A DNA stretch of 59,459 bases, taken from positions 1-59,459 of the forward strand of contig JAZDDX010000001.1 of NCBI GenBank assembly GCA_043809315.1, read 5' to 3'. The notes under the pieces are model-generated. The model was not told the DNA's origin, made no database searches, and saw nothing but the letters and a program-made list of their open reading frames with translations. Made by a program: the position numbers and the translations under genes. Source of the stretch: Pseudomonadota bacterium. GTDB taxonomy: Bacteria; Bdellovibrionota_G; JALEGL01; DATDPG01. Shown here piece by piece: positions 49,303-58,724 of this stretch (position 1 is its first letter; every line of letters begins with the position of its first letter).

Positions 49303-51780
49303 TTAGATTTGTTTCATCCTGCGCTGGAGGAGCCCCAGCAAGGGGACCAGAATCCACCAAGGGCCGGAAGCCGCGCTGGACGGCACGGAGCACCCGCCGC
49401 TGGAAACCACCGCCTTCGGAGATGGAGTCGGAGTCGGGTCCTCCTGTACAACGAAGTTCCCCAAGGCGAATGTGATCCGGGCCTGCGCAAGAACCGAGAG
49501 GTTGTCGGAGGCGTCGACCGCTCTTGCTTCGATCAGGTTCTCGCCGGCGGAAAGTAGAACCGTCGCCGACCAGGAGGAGGTCCCGGAGGCGATCTGCCAG
49601 GCACCGCCGTTGACACGGACGGAGACCGATCGGAGCTCGCGGTTGTCGCTAGCGGAACCGGTCACGACGAGGGAGGAGCGGTCGGTCGTCGCCGGGACAG
49701 AGGCGATCGAGACGGTCGGAGCGACCGTGTCGGCTGGAGGAGGGGAAGCGCTTACCGTAAAGGAGGCGCTTACGTTGCTGGCCGAGCTGGCGGTTACCGT
49801 GCCCGAAATCTCGTGGTTCCCCGGCGAAGGAATCCACGGATTCGCCGCCGTTGTTTCTCCCCCCTGGAAGTCCCACGGCGTGTAGTTCTCGTCCCGAACG
49901 AAGCCTCCGTCGAGACGAAAGCTGACCTTGGTGATTCCGGTCACCGACGTCACGAACACATAGACCGCGCGGCCCGGCTCGAGGGTCGCACCCCCGAGCG
50001 GGATCGGGTTCGAGCGGTTGGCCGAAAGGGAGTAGACCAGTTCATAGCTCGCCGGGGAGCGCGTCACGTTCACCAACGGGATCGTCGATTTATTCCCGGC
50101 GGCGTCCGACGCCTGGGCTTCGATGGAGTTCGACCCCAACGCAACGGAGATGCTGGCCGACCAGGCGCTCGTTCCGTTCACATTCTGCCACGAGCCTCCG
50201 TTCACCCGGACCGCAACGAGGGTCACGCCGACGTTATCGGAAGCGGTTCCGGTGACCGAGATCGACGTGCCGGTGGTCGTCGCGTTGTTCGCCGGAGAGC
50301 CGATGGCGACGGTCGGGCTGGTGGTGTCGGGAGGAGGGGGATCGCTCGATCGGGTGACGTTGACCGTCCGGATCGTCGAAAGATTGTTCGACGTATCGAT
50401 TGCCTGAACGTCGATTGAATTCACGCCGACCGCGAGGGAAGCGGTGAACGACCAGCTCCCGGTGCCGGAGGCGTTCTGCCATGCGCTGCCGTTCACGCGA
50501 ACCTGGACCGAAGAGAGCGCCACGTTGTCGGAAGCCGTGCCGGACACCGCGATCGACGAGGCGTTCGTCGTCGTGTTGTTCGCGGGGGAATCGATCGTGA
50601 CCGAAGGGAGGGTGGTGTCGGGGGGGGGCGGATCCGCCTGGTACGCGGCGGCCGCGGCGTCCAACAGCGGGTGGGTGTACGGTTTTCCGCCCGCCTTGAT
50701 GGTGTCGTACCAGAGCTCCCAGATCATCACGCCGCCGAGGGTCTCCGTGCGTGTATAGTTCACCTTCGCCGCGATGCTCGCCTTGTCGTCGTACGTGATG
50801 AAATAATTGCTCGCGTTGTTTCCGATCCAGGGGACCTGTGCCTCGCTGTCCCAATTGGATACGGAGCCGCTCTCGTTCTTGAGGGCCAACGCCGCCTCGT
50901 ACTTCACGTCACTCCACGAAGAACAGATCCGGGTCTGCCCCGGCGCCGTGTTCCCGTTGCACCGGTGACCGTAAAACGGGAGCCCGATCCCGATCCTGCT
51001 GCGAAGGAGGCCTTTCGTGATCCAACCGTCCGGCCCTTTGAGATATCGGTAGTCGATGTCGTAGGCATCGTAGTTCGGATAAGTCGTCGGTTTCCGGATC
51101 GCCGAGTTGAACCCGATGTAGTCGAAATCTTTCTCCATGTCGTACGTCATCAGATTGACCTGATCGGCCGTCGCGTTCAGCGTCGGGACGTCGTACCCTT
51201 TCCGCGTGGCCCAAGTGGGGACCGCGATCGTCAGAATCCCTTTGGGATGGGTGGCGTCCTGCCAGGCATCCAGTCCGGCGCGAAGCTTCGTCATCAATCG
51301 AATGAAGTTCTGGAGATCGGCCGTATCGGGGACCTCCCAGTCGATGTCGACCCCGTCATACCCTTTGGATTTAGCGTAACTCAGGACGTTGTTCACGTAC
51401 GTCGTGGCCAGCCCGTCAGTCGAGGTGACGTACGTCATGTTGACGTCCCAGTCGCCGCCGACCCCTCCGAGACAGAGAAGCACTTTGACCCCGCCGGCGT
51501 GCGCGTAATTGAGAAGCTCAACTTGATCGCTTACGCCGCTTCCGTCGTTGTCCAGCTCCATGTCTTGGACGGTGTAGTACGGAGCGGTTTGGGTCGGCTC
51601 CGTCGTGAAGTGAACGATGTGAGTCATCTTGCTGAAATCGATATTTTTCGGAGGGACGTCCCAGACGCTGGAACGCATCCAGTAAGCGGTGATCCACCCA
51701 CCAAAGTTCCCGGCCGCCGATGCGGTTCCGGCCAAGAGCCCGATCCAACCGGCCAGAGAGAGGATCCAAAATCTCTTCAT
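49303..51780 (-). CDS. Glycoside hydrolase family 18 (chitinase-like) with Ig-like domains and MYXO-CTERM-like sorting tail
   Basis: Signal peptide; YDGVDIDWE (DxxDxDxE), LMTYD, GLPFYG, GGVMIWE; repeated PPPDTT.P Big domains; SGGCS..WWILVPLLGLL.RR tail. Confidence 0.92.
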   Translation of the reverse strand: MKRFWILSLAGWIGLLAGTASAAGNFGGWITAYWMRSSVWDVPPKNIDFSKMTHIVHFTTEPTQTAPYYTVQDMELDNDGSGVSDQVELLNYAHAGGVKVLLCLGGVGGDWDVNMTYVTSTDGLATTYVNNVLSYAKSKGYDGVDIDWEVPDTADLQNFIRLMTKLRAGLDAWQDATHPKGILTIAVPTWATRKGYDVPTLNATADQVNLMTYDMEKDFDYIGFNSAIRKPTTYPNYDAYDIDYRYLKGPDGWITKGLLRSRIGIGLPFYGHRCNGNTAPGQTRICSSWSDVKYEAALALKNESGSVSNWDSEAQVPWIGNNASNYFITYDDKASIAAKVNYTRTETLGGVMIWELWYDTIKAGGKPYTHPLLDAAAAAYQADPPPPDTTLPSVTIDSPANNTTTNASSIAVSGTASDNVALSSVQVRVNGSAWQNASGTGSWSFTASLAVGVNSIDVQAIDTSNNLSTIRTVNVTRSSDPPPPDTTSPTVAIGSPANNATTTGTSISVTGTASDNVGVTLVAVRVNGGSWQNVNGTSAWSASISVALGSNSIEAQASDAAGNKSTIPLVNVTRSPASYELVYSLSANRSNPIPLGGATLEPGRAVYVFVTSVTGITKVSFRLDGGFVRDENYTPWDFQGGETTAANPWIPSPGNHEISGTVTASSASNVSASFTVSASPPPADTVAPTVSIASVPATTDRSSLVVTGSASDNRELRSVSVRVNGGAWQIASGTSSWSATVLLSAGENLIEARAVDASDNLSVLAQARITFALGNFVVQEDPTPTPSPKAVVSSGGCSVPSSAASGPWWILVPLLGLLQRRMKQI

Positions 51781-51792
51781 GGACTATTCTTT

Positions 51793-51808
51793 AGCAAGAG
51801 TCGTTCCA
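51793..51808 (-). promoter_or_regulatory. Sigma54 promoter for the GH18 gene
   Basis: Minus strand TGGAACGACTCTTGCT (GG-N10-GC); IHF-like TGTCAAGTAGTTA upstream. Confidence 0.65.
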
Positions 51809-51999
51809 AGTCTTTCGACTTGAATGTCAAGTAGTTACAAAAGGGGTCCGCCTCCTAAGGTTTGAACTAATTGCGGGGCTTGCGAACCGATAGCATTCAA
51901 GCGAGAACGCCTCACCAACCACGCAAAAAGTAGCGGCAATCGACAGTCGACCGGTTCGAGCACCCATAGGCAAAACAGCTACTTAACCGCTCTTTTCGG

Positions 52000-52015
52000 T
52001 GGCACACCTTATGCT
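52000..52015 (+). promoter_or_regulatory. Sigma54 promoter
   Basis: TGGCACACCTTATGCT (GG-N10-GC), divergent from the GH18 promoter. Confidence 0.65.
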
Positions 52016-52050
52016 TCATTCTAGGGTAAGGAAGCCCGCCGCCGGGCTTT

Positions 52051-53796
52051 ATGAAGACCTTTGCCAGATCAGCACTGATACTCGCTCTGGGCCTATTCGG
52101 GCTTCTCGGTCTTTCCGGCTGTTGGGGAGGAACGGTCGAGATCTCCTCCCGGACTTCCACTTCGGTAAGTGAACCGACCGCGACTCCGGAGGTAACCTCC
52201 ACGCCGACACCGTCCGGTACCCCCTCGGAAACCCCGACGCCTTTAACCACCGTGACACAGACACCGACCCCATCGCCGACCCCCACGCGAACCGCGACGC
52301 CGACGCCGACTCCTACGCGAACCGCGACGCCGACGCCGACCCCCACGCGAACCGCGACGCCGACGCCGACTCCTACGCGAACCGCGACGCCGACGCCGAC
52401 CCCCACGCGAACCGCGACGCCGACGCCGACCCCCACGCGAACCGCGACACCGACGCCAACACCGACCGGAACAGTCACGGTCACACCGACCCCTACCTCC
52501 ACCCCTACGAGAACAGCGACGCCGACGGTAACGCCGACTGCCACTGCAACGGCAACGCCGACCTCCACCCCCAGCGAGACGCCCACTGAAATCTCGAGCT
52601 GGGCTTACGTGGATGGCGGGAACTCGTACGGCATCAACCATGATCGCTACCAGAACGGATTCTCTCCCCAGCTCGGCGTTTGTACCGATCCAATCTATCG
52701 CGGGCTTCATCCGATCTGGTCGGAGTTCAACCCCACTTCGGCCCAGATCCGCGCTTCGAAATATTTCGGCGCATCGGGGAACGAGTTTTTTTCGATCGAC
52801 GGGGACGGCACCAACGGTCTGAACGGAAATCCGGCCCATGGGGCTTCACATCCCCAGATCACGGAGTTCAACTCGCAGCTTTATGCGGCTTGGGAGGAGT
52901 ACACCCAAGGAGTCCAGTATGTAGTTCGGGTTGCGGGGTATATTCCCCCTCCCACACCGAGCTCTGTCCCTCCCCCCCCTCCACCAGACCCTGTCTGGAG
53001 ATTTGTGGACGGCCCGAATGGTCTGAATCGGGATCCAAACAAATATGCTTTCTTGCCTCAGCTCACCGTGTTCAACGCCAAACTCTATGCGGTCTGGGAG
53101 GAGAAGAACGGTTCTGACATTTTGGTGATTCGAGCCGCGCGCTACAACGGGAACTATTCCGCCCCGGTCTGGGTCGCCGTCGATGGCGCGAACGGTCTGA
53201 ACCGTGATCCTACCAAGCACGCGTCCTCCGCCCAACTCACTGTGCTGGGTACGAAGCTGTACGCGACCTGGGCTGAACATAATTCGTCCGGCGACTGGCA
53301 GGTCCGGGTCGCGGTTTACAACGGGAACGACGCCGCCCCCGCTTGGCCTTCAGTCGACGGAGGAGGGCTGGTCGGGATCAACAAAGCCCCCGCCGGCACC
53401 TTCCCGCAGCTCACCGCGCTCAACTCCAAGCTCTACGCGACCTGGTGGGAATACGGACCGGACATCCTGCCTCGCATCCGCATCGCGGTTTACAACGGGA
53501 ACGACGCCGCCCCGAATTGGAGCATCGTAGATGGAGGGGCCTATTCGGGAAACAACCCGCAGCTCACCGTATTCAACTCGAAGCTCTACCGGTCGTGGGA
53601 CAACGGAGGTCTCGTTCGGATCTCAGTCTACAACGGAAACGATACTGCCCCGATCTGGACCTCGGTCGATAGCGGCGGCCTTTTTGGATATGATGCCCAA
53701 CTCGCTGTCTACCGATCCGAACTTTATGTGACATGGGTCGGCTCCGGCGGCGGCTACTTCGCGGGTAATCAGGTCCGTGTGGCGGTGGGGCGGTAG
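52051..53796 (+). CDS. Lipoprotein with long Pro/Thr linker and ~60-aa repeats (putative beta-propeller)
   Basis: Lipobox LSGC; ([10 protein letters not shown])n; repeats of VDG...PQLT.FN.KLYA.W.E...[12 protein letters not shown]. Confidence 0.8.
   Translation: MKTFARSALILALGLFGLLGLSGCWGGTVEISSRTSTSVSEPTATPEVTSTPTPSGTPSETPTPLTTVTQTPTPSPTPTRTATPTPTPTRTATPTPTPTRTATPTPTPTRTATPTPTPTRTATPTPTPTRTATPTPTPTGTVTVTPTPTSTPTRTATPTVTPTATATATPTSTPSETPTEISSWAYVDGGNSYGINHDRYQNGFSPQLGVCTDPIYRGLHPIWSEFNPTSAQIRASKYFGASGNEFFSIDGDGTNGLNGNPAHGASHPQITEFNSQLYAAWEEYTQGVQYVVRVAGYIPPPTPSSVPPPPPPDPVWRFVDGPNGLNRDPNKYAFLPQLTVFNAKLYAVWEEKNGSDILVIRAARYNGNYSAPVWVAVDGANGLNRDPTKHASSAQLTVLGTKLYATWAEHNSSGDWQVRVAVYNGNDAAPAWPSVDGGGLVGINKAPAGTFPQLTALNSKLYATWWEYGPDILPRIRIAVYNGNDAAPNWSIVDGGAYSGNNPQLTVFNSKLYRSWDNGGLVRISVYNGNDTAPIWTSVDSGGLFGYDAQLAVYRSELYVTWVGSGGGYFAGNQVRVAVGR
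52271..52460 (+). repeat. 30-bp coding tandem repeat (~6 units)
   Basis: accgcgacgccgacgccgacYccYacgcga repeated; encodes [10 protein letters not shown]. Confidence 0.9.
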
Positions 53797-54041
53797 GTAC
53801 CCAGCAAGGAAACGCCCGACCATTTTTTACCCCATCTTTAAAGGTCGTGTCAGGCCTACCTAATCTTATGACTCAAACTGTTCAGTCGAAGGGGCGCACT
53901 TCAGGTTGTTTCCATTGTAATTGAAGTCTGATACATCCGATGAATTAGTTGGGGAGCTGCGTTGTACGCGGCTGAGAGGCCCGAGCGGATCGGGCGACCC
54001 TAGAACTTGATCCAGATAATGCTGGCGAAAGGAAATCGTCC

Positions 54042-55043
54042 GTGCGTCGTTTTATTTCTCTTGTTCTGGCAACAGCAATCATCTTCACCCCGCTCCGCCT
54101 GGAAAATTTAAGAGAAGCCAAAGCCTCAGCGGACGGGGGAGTTTTGGAAGGAGGGGCCGTTGTTGTGGTCACAGCTCTGGCCTTCACAGCCTTCTATGTG
54201 GCTATCGTTAAGCTTTGTCAGACCGGAAGTGTTCAAGAGGGGGTTCGGGCCGGGGTTCATTCGTTCGAGGAGGGGGTTGAGGATGCGGCCGGCTTCGTTC
54301 GGGAGACGATCGACGATTTCAAAATTGCGCTCTACCTTAGACTCTCCGAACTTGCGGTATCCCAAAAAGAGGTTTGTCCCGATGTGGGTTCGGAGGTCAC
54401 AGGACTTGGATGGGTGCAGGCCGGGCTTTTCGGTCTCTATCTGGAATATGGTCTAATCTCCCCGCAGGGGATGCCGCTTGATTCCGACTTGCTTGCCAGG
54501 CGTGTTGCGGAACTCGGACGGGATCGAAGGTTTCTCGAAGCTTTTTCCCGAATTGCCATACCGTTAGGTCAAGCCGTATCGGAAACGCTTTCAGTTTCGC
54601 GCGGCTTTGTTCAGGAGTCCTGGAGAAGAATCCGGCGCTGCATGGAGTCCAATCCGGACAGCGCTCCCATCTTCCTCCATTCGGGTCCCGGGCATGGATT
54701 GCAGGCCGTCATTTCCGGGGTCACATTCTTGATCGCCTCGGGACGCTCCTTGAAATCCTTTCTTGAGGGGCATCCCAATCGAGACGATCTCAAAGCTGCC
54801 CTTGCATTCGGTGTGATCTTCACCGTAACAGGAACGGCTTCGCACTTCGCTTGGAAGTTCCATCTACGCCATTGTCTGGAGGGGGAGCGGACGAGATGGG
54901 AAAGCCTTGGGGAGATCCGGATGTTGGCAGGAATCTACGGATTGACCGGTCTTCTGGTCCTGCAGCCCTATCTGACCTGGCTTCATGTCCGACAGGCGTA
55001 TCAATACATTGCTCAGCCCGACGCCACCCGAACGGAACGCTGA
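54042..55043 (+). CDS. Hypothetical membrane protein
   Basis: Signal-like N-terminus and several hydrophobic helices; no recognised domain. Confidence 0.6.
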   Translation: MRRFISLVLATAIIFTPLRLENLREAKASADGGVLEGGAVVVVTALAFTAFYVAIVKLCQTGSVQEGVRAGVHSFEEGVEDAAGFVRETIDDFKIALYLRLSELAVSQKEVCPDVGSEVTGLGWVQAGLFGLYLEYGLISPQGMPLDSDLLARRVAELGRDRRFLEAFSRIAIPLGQAVSETLSVSRGFVQESWRRIRRCMESNPDSAPIFLHSGPGHGLQAVISGVTFLIASGRSLKSFLEGHPNRDDLKAALAFGVIFTVTGTASHFAWKFHLRHCLEGERTRWESLGEIRMLAGIYGLTGLLVLQPYLTWLHVRQAYQYIAQPDATRTER

Positions 55044-55085
55044 TTCTTGAAGCCGAATGGCACATGCTCCCTTCGCGTTGAAATG

Positions 55086-55119
55086 AAAAAACTCCGCCCG
55101 ATTTTTCGAGCGGGGTTTC
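55086..55119 (-). terminator. Rho-independent terminator (variant rrn terminator)
   Basis: aaactccgcccga-tttt-tcgagcggggttt hairpin next to the 5S fragment. Confidence 0.7.
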
Positions 55120-55126
55120 TATTTAA

Positions 55127-55218
55127 TGCGGCAGCGACCTACTCTCCCACTAAGCTTCCCGTGCAGTACCATCGGCTCCGATGGGCTTAACGGCCGTGTT
55201 CGGGATGGGAAGCGGTGT
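55127..55218 (-). pseudogene. 5'-truncated 5S rRNA copy (variant allele)
   Basis: Matches the 3' ~85-92 nt of 5S with 4 substitutions up to 55211; lacks the 5' strands of helices I and II. Confidence 0.9.
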
Positions 55219-55227
55219 TCGGGGCGG

Positions 55228-55716
55228 TCACGATGGATATTTCAGTACCTTGACTTCGGCGCCGAAACCATCCTTTCCTGGAATCGATACCTTCTGCCCG
55301 CTCACCGGCTCCACGCGGATCGATCCAAGCTTGAAGCTCTGAGTGTTTTTCTTGCCCTGACAGAGAACCGTGTCATAGAGCGTGAAGAGCAACTGGCGGT
55401 CCAGCAATTCCGTCTCAGGGATCGAAAGATGCGGGTCGGCGACCTCGGTGAAAAGCTGCACCCACGTATTGTTCCGCATCCGGACCTCGTCGAACAAGCG
55501 CACGTCGCTCACTTCGCACTCCGAACGGTTGGGATTCTTTCTTTTCTCACACACATCAACAGTGACGACGAGATTGTTCAGCCGCAGGTCGCTCGCCTTG
55601 CAGTCGCTGAGAGTGCCAGCCTTGACGCTTCGCAGGTAGATTCGCCACTCGTCGGCACGGGCCTGTTGGGCCGCGAGGACGGACAGTAACAGGGCAGGGA
55701 AGACAATTTTTTTCAT
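55228..55716 (-). CDS. Hypothetical secreted protein
   Basis: AGGAG RBS, MKKIVFPALLLSVLAAQQARA signal peptide; sits alone between two 5S copies. Confidence 0.75.
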   Translation of the reverse strand: MKKIVFPALLLSVLAAQQARADEWRIYLRSVKAGTLSDCKASDLRLNNLVVTVDVCEKRKNPNRSECEVSDVRLFDEVRMRNNTWVQLFTEVADPHLSIPETELLDRQLLFTLYDTVLCQGKKNTQSFKLGSIRVEPVSGQKVSIPGKDGFGAEVKVLKYPS

Positions 55717-55764
55717 CCTGGCTCCTTTTTGACGCGTTGTAGCGGAGCATTTGTGACCGGTCAA

Positions 55765-55805
55765 GAAATGAAAACGCCCGATCCGTTTCCAGATCGGGCG
55801 TTTCT
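55765..55805 (-). terminator. rrn Rho-independent terminator
   Basis: aaacgcccgatc-N8-gatcgggcgttt perfect 12-bp stem directly 3' of 5S. Confidence 0.85.
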
Positions 55806-55812
55806 AATTTAA

Positions 55813-55928
55813 TGCGGCAGCGACCTACTCTCCCACTAAGCTTCCCTAGCAGTACCATCGGCTCCGAAGTGCTTAACGGCCGTGTTCGGGATGGGAACGG
55901 GTGTGACCACTCCGATATAGCCACCGCA
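55813..55928 (-). rRNA. rrf: 5S ribosomal RNA (complete sequence, detached from a full operon)
   Basis: UGCGGUGGC...CCCAUCCCGAAC...GAUGGUACU...GGGAGAGUAGG...GCUGCCGCA; helices I, II and IV pair. Confidence 0.95.
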
Positions 55929-55976
55929 AGTCGTTTTCAATTGCATACGATTCTCTTTGGATGTCCTGTCAATTCA

Positions 55977-56122
55977 ATGACCAAGCCTCACGGGCAATTA
56001 GTACCGGTAAGCTCCACGCCTTACAGCGCTTCCACGCCCGGCCTATCAACGTTGTAGTCTCCAACAGCCCTTTAGGGGATTGCTCCCAGGGAAACCTAAT
56101 CTCGAGGGTTGTTTCCCGCTTA
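55977..56122 (-). rRNA. rrl: 23S rRNA 3'-terminal fragment (~145 nt only)
   Basis: UAAGCGGGAAAC...GUUGAUAGGCCGGG...GUACUAAUUGCCCGUGAGGCUUG; rRNA similarity stops abruptly at 56122. Confidence 0.9.
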
Positions 56123-56123
56123 T

Positions 56124-56213
56124 GGGATCACGGACTCGAATCTGGCCACCGGACTGCGGCGGATGGCGAACCTGTTCGACTACGATGGGATGCGGGACCT
56201 TCTAAGTCAGTGA
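56124..56213 (+). pseudogene. Orphan 3' end of a truncated gene abutting the 23S fragment
   Basis: GITDSNLATGLRRMANLFDYDGMRDLLSQ* followed by GGAG and a GTG; resembles C-termini of hybrid sensor kinases (from memory, unverified). Confidence 0.35.
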
Positions 56214-56392
56214 AGGAAAGGAGAGGCAACGTGGAAGATTTGAAGGACGGCTTTAAGTGGGGAGCGCCACTTGAAGCTACGTAGTAACCTTTCCGCAACA
56301 GAACGCACATTTTTTCCTGGCTATCGAAAAAGTTTTCATAGTTCTCTTCCGTTCGTTAACCTCCAACCTCCTAATATTGCAGGCTTGTTCGA

Positions 56393-56408
56393 TGGCACGG
56401 TGCGTGCA
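56393..56408 (+). promoter_or_regulatory. Sigma54 promoter
   Basis: TGGCACGGTGCGTGCA (GG-N10-GC) upstream of the ATG at 56434. Confidence 0.65.
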
Positions 56409-56433
56409 ATTATTCACCGCAAGACCCGTTCTT

Positions 56434-58506
56434 ATGACCTTCCGACCGATATTCGCGGCCTCCATCGTCCTCGCGGGAGGGGTGTTCTGGCTCGGAGGTT
56501 GCGGCAATACGATCGATCTCCCCCCCTCACGGGATTCCGATTTTTACTCGATCGTGGAATCATTCAACGAAGGCGCGGTGATTTTCCTGCAGAACATTTC
56601 GAGCACCACGACCGCCACCTCCGTTTCGCCCACCGAAATCGTCATCCGCTGGACCTCCGTTCGAGGCGCCGGCTTCTATTCGGTCGAACGAAGCGGTGCG
56701 CCCGATGGCGGCTTCTCGGAAATCCGGAGAGTTGCGGGAAACACGACCATGTATTCGGATAGGAGCCTCACGCCGGCGACCACGTTCTTCTATCGTGTGC
56801 GGGCGGGCCGGACTTTCAGTAACGGGACGATCCGATACACGCCGTACTCGAATATCGTCTCCGCCACGACGGGGCCCGTGAATCCACCGACGCCGACCGC
56901 AACCCCAGGTGCAACCGCGACCGCCACACCGACGCCGACCGCGACCCCGGGTGTCACCGCGACACCCCGCGCGACCGCCACACCGACGCCGACGCCTACG
57001 GCCATCGCCAGTTCCGTCCATTTTTATATTGATGCAACTTTGGGTAATGACGCGAATGACGGGAAATCTCCAAGTGCGGCGTGGAAGACATTGGTCAAGA
57101 TCCAAAGCTGGAATACGGGAAATGCTTGGAGCTCCATAAAACCAGGAGATTCAATATTACTTAAAAGAGGCGAGAGGTGGGCCCCCAGCGGCGTTCCCGG
57201 TTCTTATGGAGCGATTGAGATTCCGATTGGCAAGGCGGGCGCGCCCGACGCCTATATCACGTTGGGATCATACGGCAATTCGGCCTTGCCCCTGCCGATC
57301 ATCAGCATGCTGAATTCTCCCATGGAGAAAGCATTAGCCATGAGAAGCGCATCGTACTTCATAATTCGAGATATCGAATTTAGAGGACAGATCTATTTGA
57401 GATCAAGATACGACCCGGGCATCCATCACATCAAGTTCCTGAATATCACGGTGGACGGCGCTGAAGGCGCAGAAGAAACACATCTTGTAACTACGTGGGA
57501 CGCAACGGAGGTTTCGGCAGAAAACTGGGATTTTTATGACACGCATGACATTGAGATCGGGTATTCCACGTTCAAGAACACAAATTATGGTGCCTCCATT
57601 CACTTTGTGGTCACGACAGGCAACGCATGGATCCACCACAATAAAATACTTGATCCTGTAGGCGATCCCAGTGCCTCGAACACGAGAGGAACCTGCCTGG
57701 ACTTTGCGGAAGGCAATAACCTTCTCATCGAGTACAATATTTGCAGCAACCCGAACGGCAACGGTTTCAAGTTGCAGCCGCAAAGATATACCTTGGACAA
57801 CATTACTGTAAGGGGAAACTTGATAACGAATGTGCAAGATATTCCCCTAATAATCTACAACACACGCAACAGTTCGATTTATCACAACACCATTGTTCCT
57901 CGTTCGTCATCGGCATTCTATGCATTCTATATGGGGTGGTTAACGGGAACTACAGACAGCACGCCCACGATATACTTTTCTGGGAAAGGTCAGTGGGGTT
58001 TTCAAGATTCGAAAATTCAAAACAATATTTTTGGCGGCGTGGTCTGGATCGGTACCCCGAATGGCGTAAACATCACATATAAGGATGGAACGTATGTTCC
58101 CAGCTATACTCACAGTTTGAACAGCATCAAGACAAAGAATTATTTCCAGAATAATTTATATTTCAGTCAACTCACGACAACCAGAATTAGAGAAGGGTAC
58201 TACACCTCAAACACGACAATAAAATGGGATCCAAACGCATCTCCACCGGGTTATGCAATAATTTCTGATTCGATTACTAAAACGATCGCGTCCGCTTTCG
58301 ACTTCAATACCGCATGGCTTGGAACAAGTCCGACGATAACTGGAGAGAAGACGGCAGATCCATTGTTTGTCAACCCTTCCGCGGGAAATTACCATCTTCA
58401 GACGGGCAGTCCGGCCATTAATTCTGGGATCAGTATTCCGGAATGGACCGTCGATTTGGACGGCAACCCTGTAATAGGAACTCCCACGATAGGAGCGTAC
58501 CAATAG
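56434..58506 (+). CDS. Lipoprotein: fibronectin type III domain + Pro/Thr linker + right-handed parallel beta-helix (pectin-lyase-like) domain
   Basis: Lipobox LGGC; W....Y.VER....YSDRSLTP.T..YRVRA FN3 pattern; FYID...GNDANDGKSP.AWKTL, PGDSILLKRG, C-terminal DPLFVN....YHLQ.GSPAINSG..DLDG...IGAY. Confidence 0.85.
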   Translation: MTFRPIFAASIVLAGGVFWLGGCGNTIDLPPSRDSDFYSIVESFNEGAVIFLQNISSTTTATSVSPTEIVIRWTSVRGAGFYSVERSGAPDGGFSEIRRVAGNTTMYSDRSLTPATTFFYRVRAGRTFSNGTIRYTPYSNIVSATTGPVNPPTPTATPGATATATPTPTATPGVTATPRATATPTPTPTAIASSVHFYIDATLGNDANDGKSPSAAWKTLVKIQSWNTGNAWSSIKPGDSILLKRGERWAPSGVPGSYGAIEIPIGKAGAPDAYITLGSYGNSALPLPIISMLNSPMEKALAMRSASYFIIRDIEFRGQIYLRSRYDPGIHHIKFLNITVDGAEGAEETHLVTTWDATEVSAENWDFYDTHDIEIGYSTFKNTNYGASIHFVVTTGNAWIHHNKILDPVGDPSASNTRGTCLDFAEGNNLLIEYNICSNPNGNGFKLQPQRYTLDNITVRGNLITNVQDIPLIIYNTRNSSIYHNTIVPRSSSAFYAFYMGWLTGTTDSTPTIYFSGKGQWGFQDSKIQNNIFGGVVWIGTPNGVNITYKDGTYVPSYTHSLNSIKTKNYFQNNLYFSQLTTTRIREGYYTSNTTIKWDPNASPPGYAIISDSITKTIASAFDFNTAWLGTSPTITGEKTADPLFVNPSAGNYHLQTGSPAINSGISIPEWTVDLDGNPVIGTPTIGAYQ

Positions 58507-58604
58507 ATTTTTTCGGGAGGTGACCTTCTCCCAACTTGTATGGTGAGCGTCTCGCACCCGCTTTCGCGGGTACCCGCTCGACGCTGTCGTTGTACTACCT
58601 GCAA

Positions 58605-58629
58605 GTTCGGGACGGGTGTGACCACTCCG
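58605..58629 (-). pseudogene. Internal 5S rRNA remnant inside a structured intergenic region
   Basis: gttcggga-cgggtgtgaccactccg equals 5S gttcggga[tgggaa]cgggtgtgaccactccg with a 6-nt deletion. Confidence 0.65.
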
Positions 58630-58724
58630 GTTGGATTTACCCGGCAAGGGGGGGAACGGAAAACCATGGTTCCGACTGCCTAGAAACGCACAGCCTAAAC
58701 CCCTGAAATCTTGTGAAAAAATGT

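Noticed and set aside
52271-52460. Possible CRISPR array (30-bp periodicity)
   Set aside because: Units are contiguous with no unique spacers, in frame within a lipoprotein linker, and there are no cas genes.
55058-55075. TGGCAC as another sigma54 promoter
   Set aside because: No GC at the required 10-nt spacing and no downstream + strand gene.
55126-56284. ORFs beginning MRQRPTLPLSFP and neighbours (48936, 55126, 55556, 55812, 55961)
   Set aside because: They are translations of 5S/23S rRNA sequence or its antisense, not proteins.
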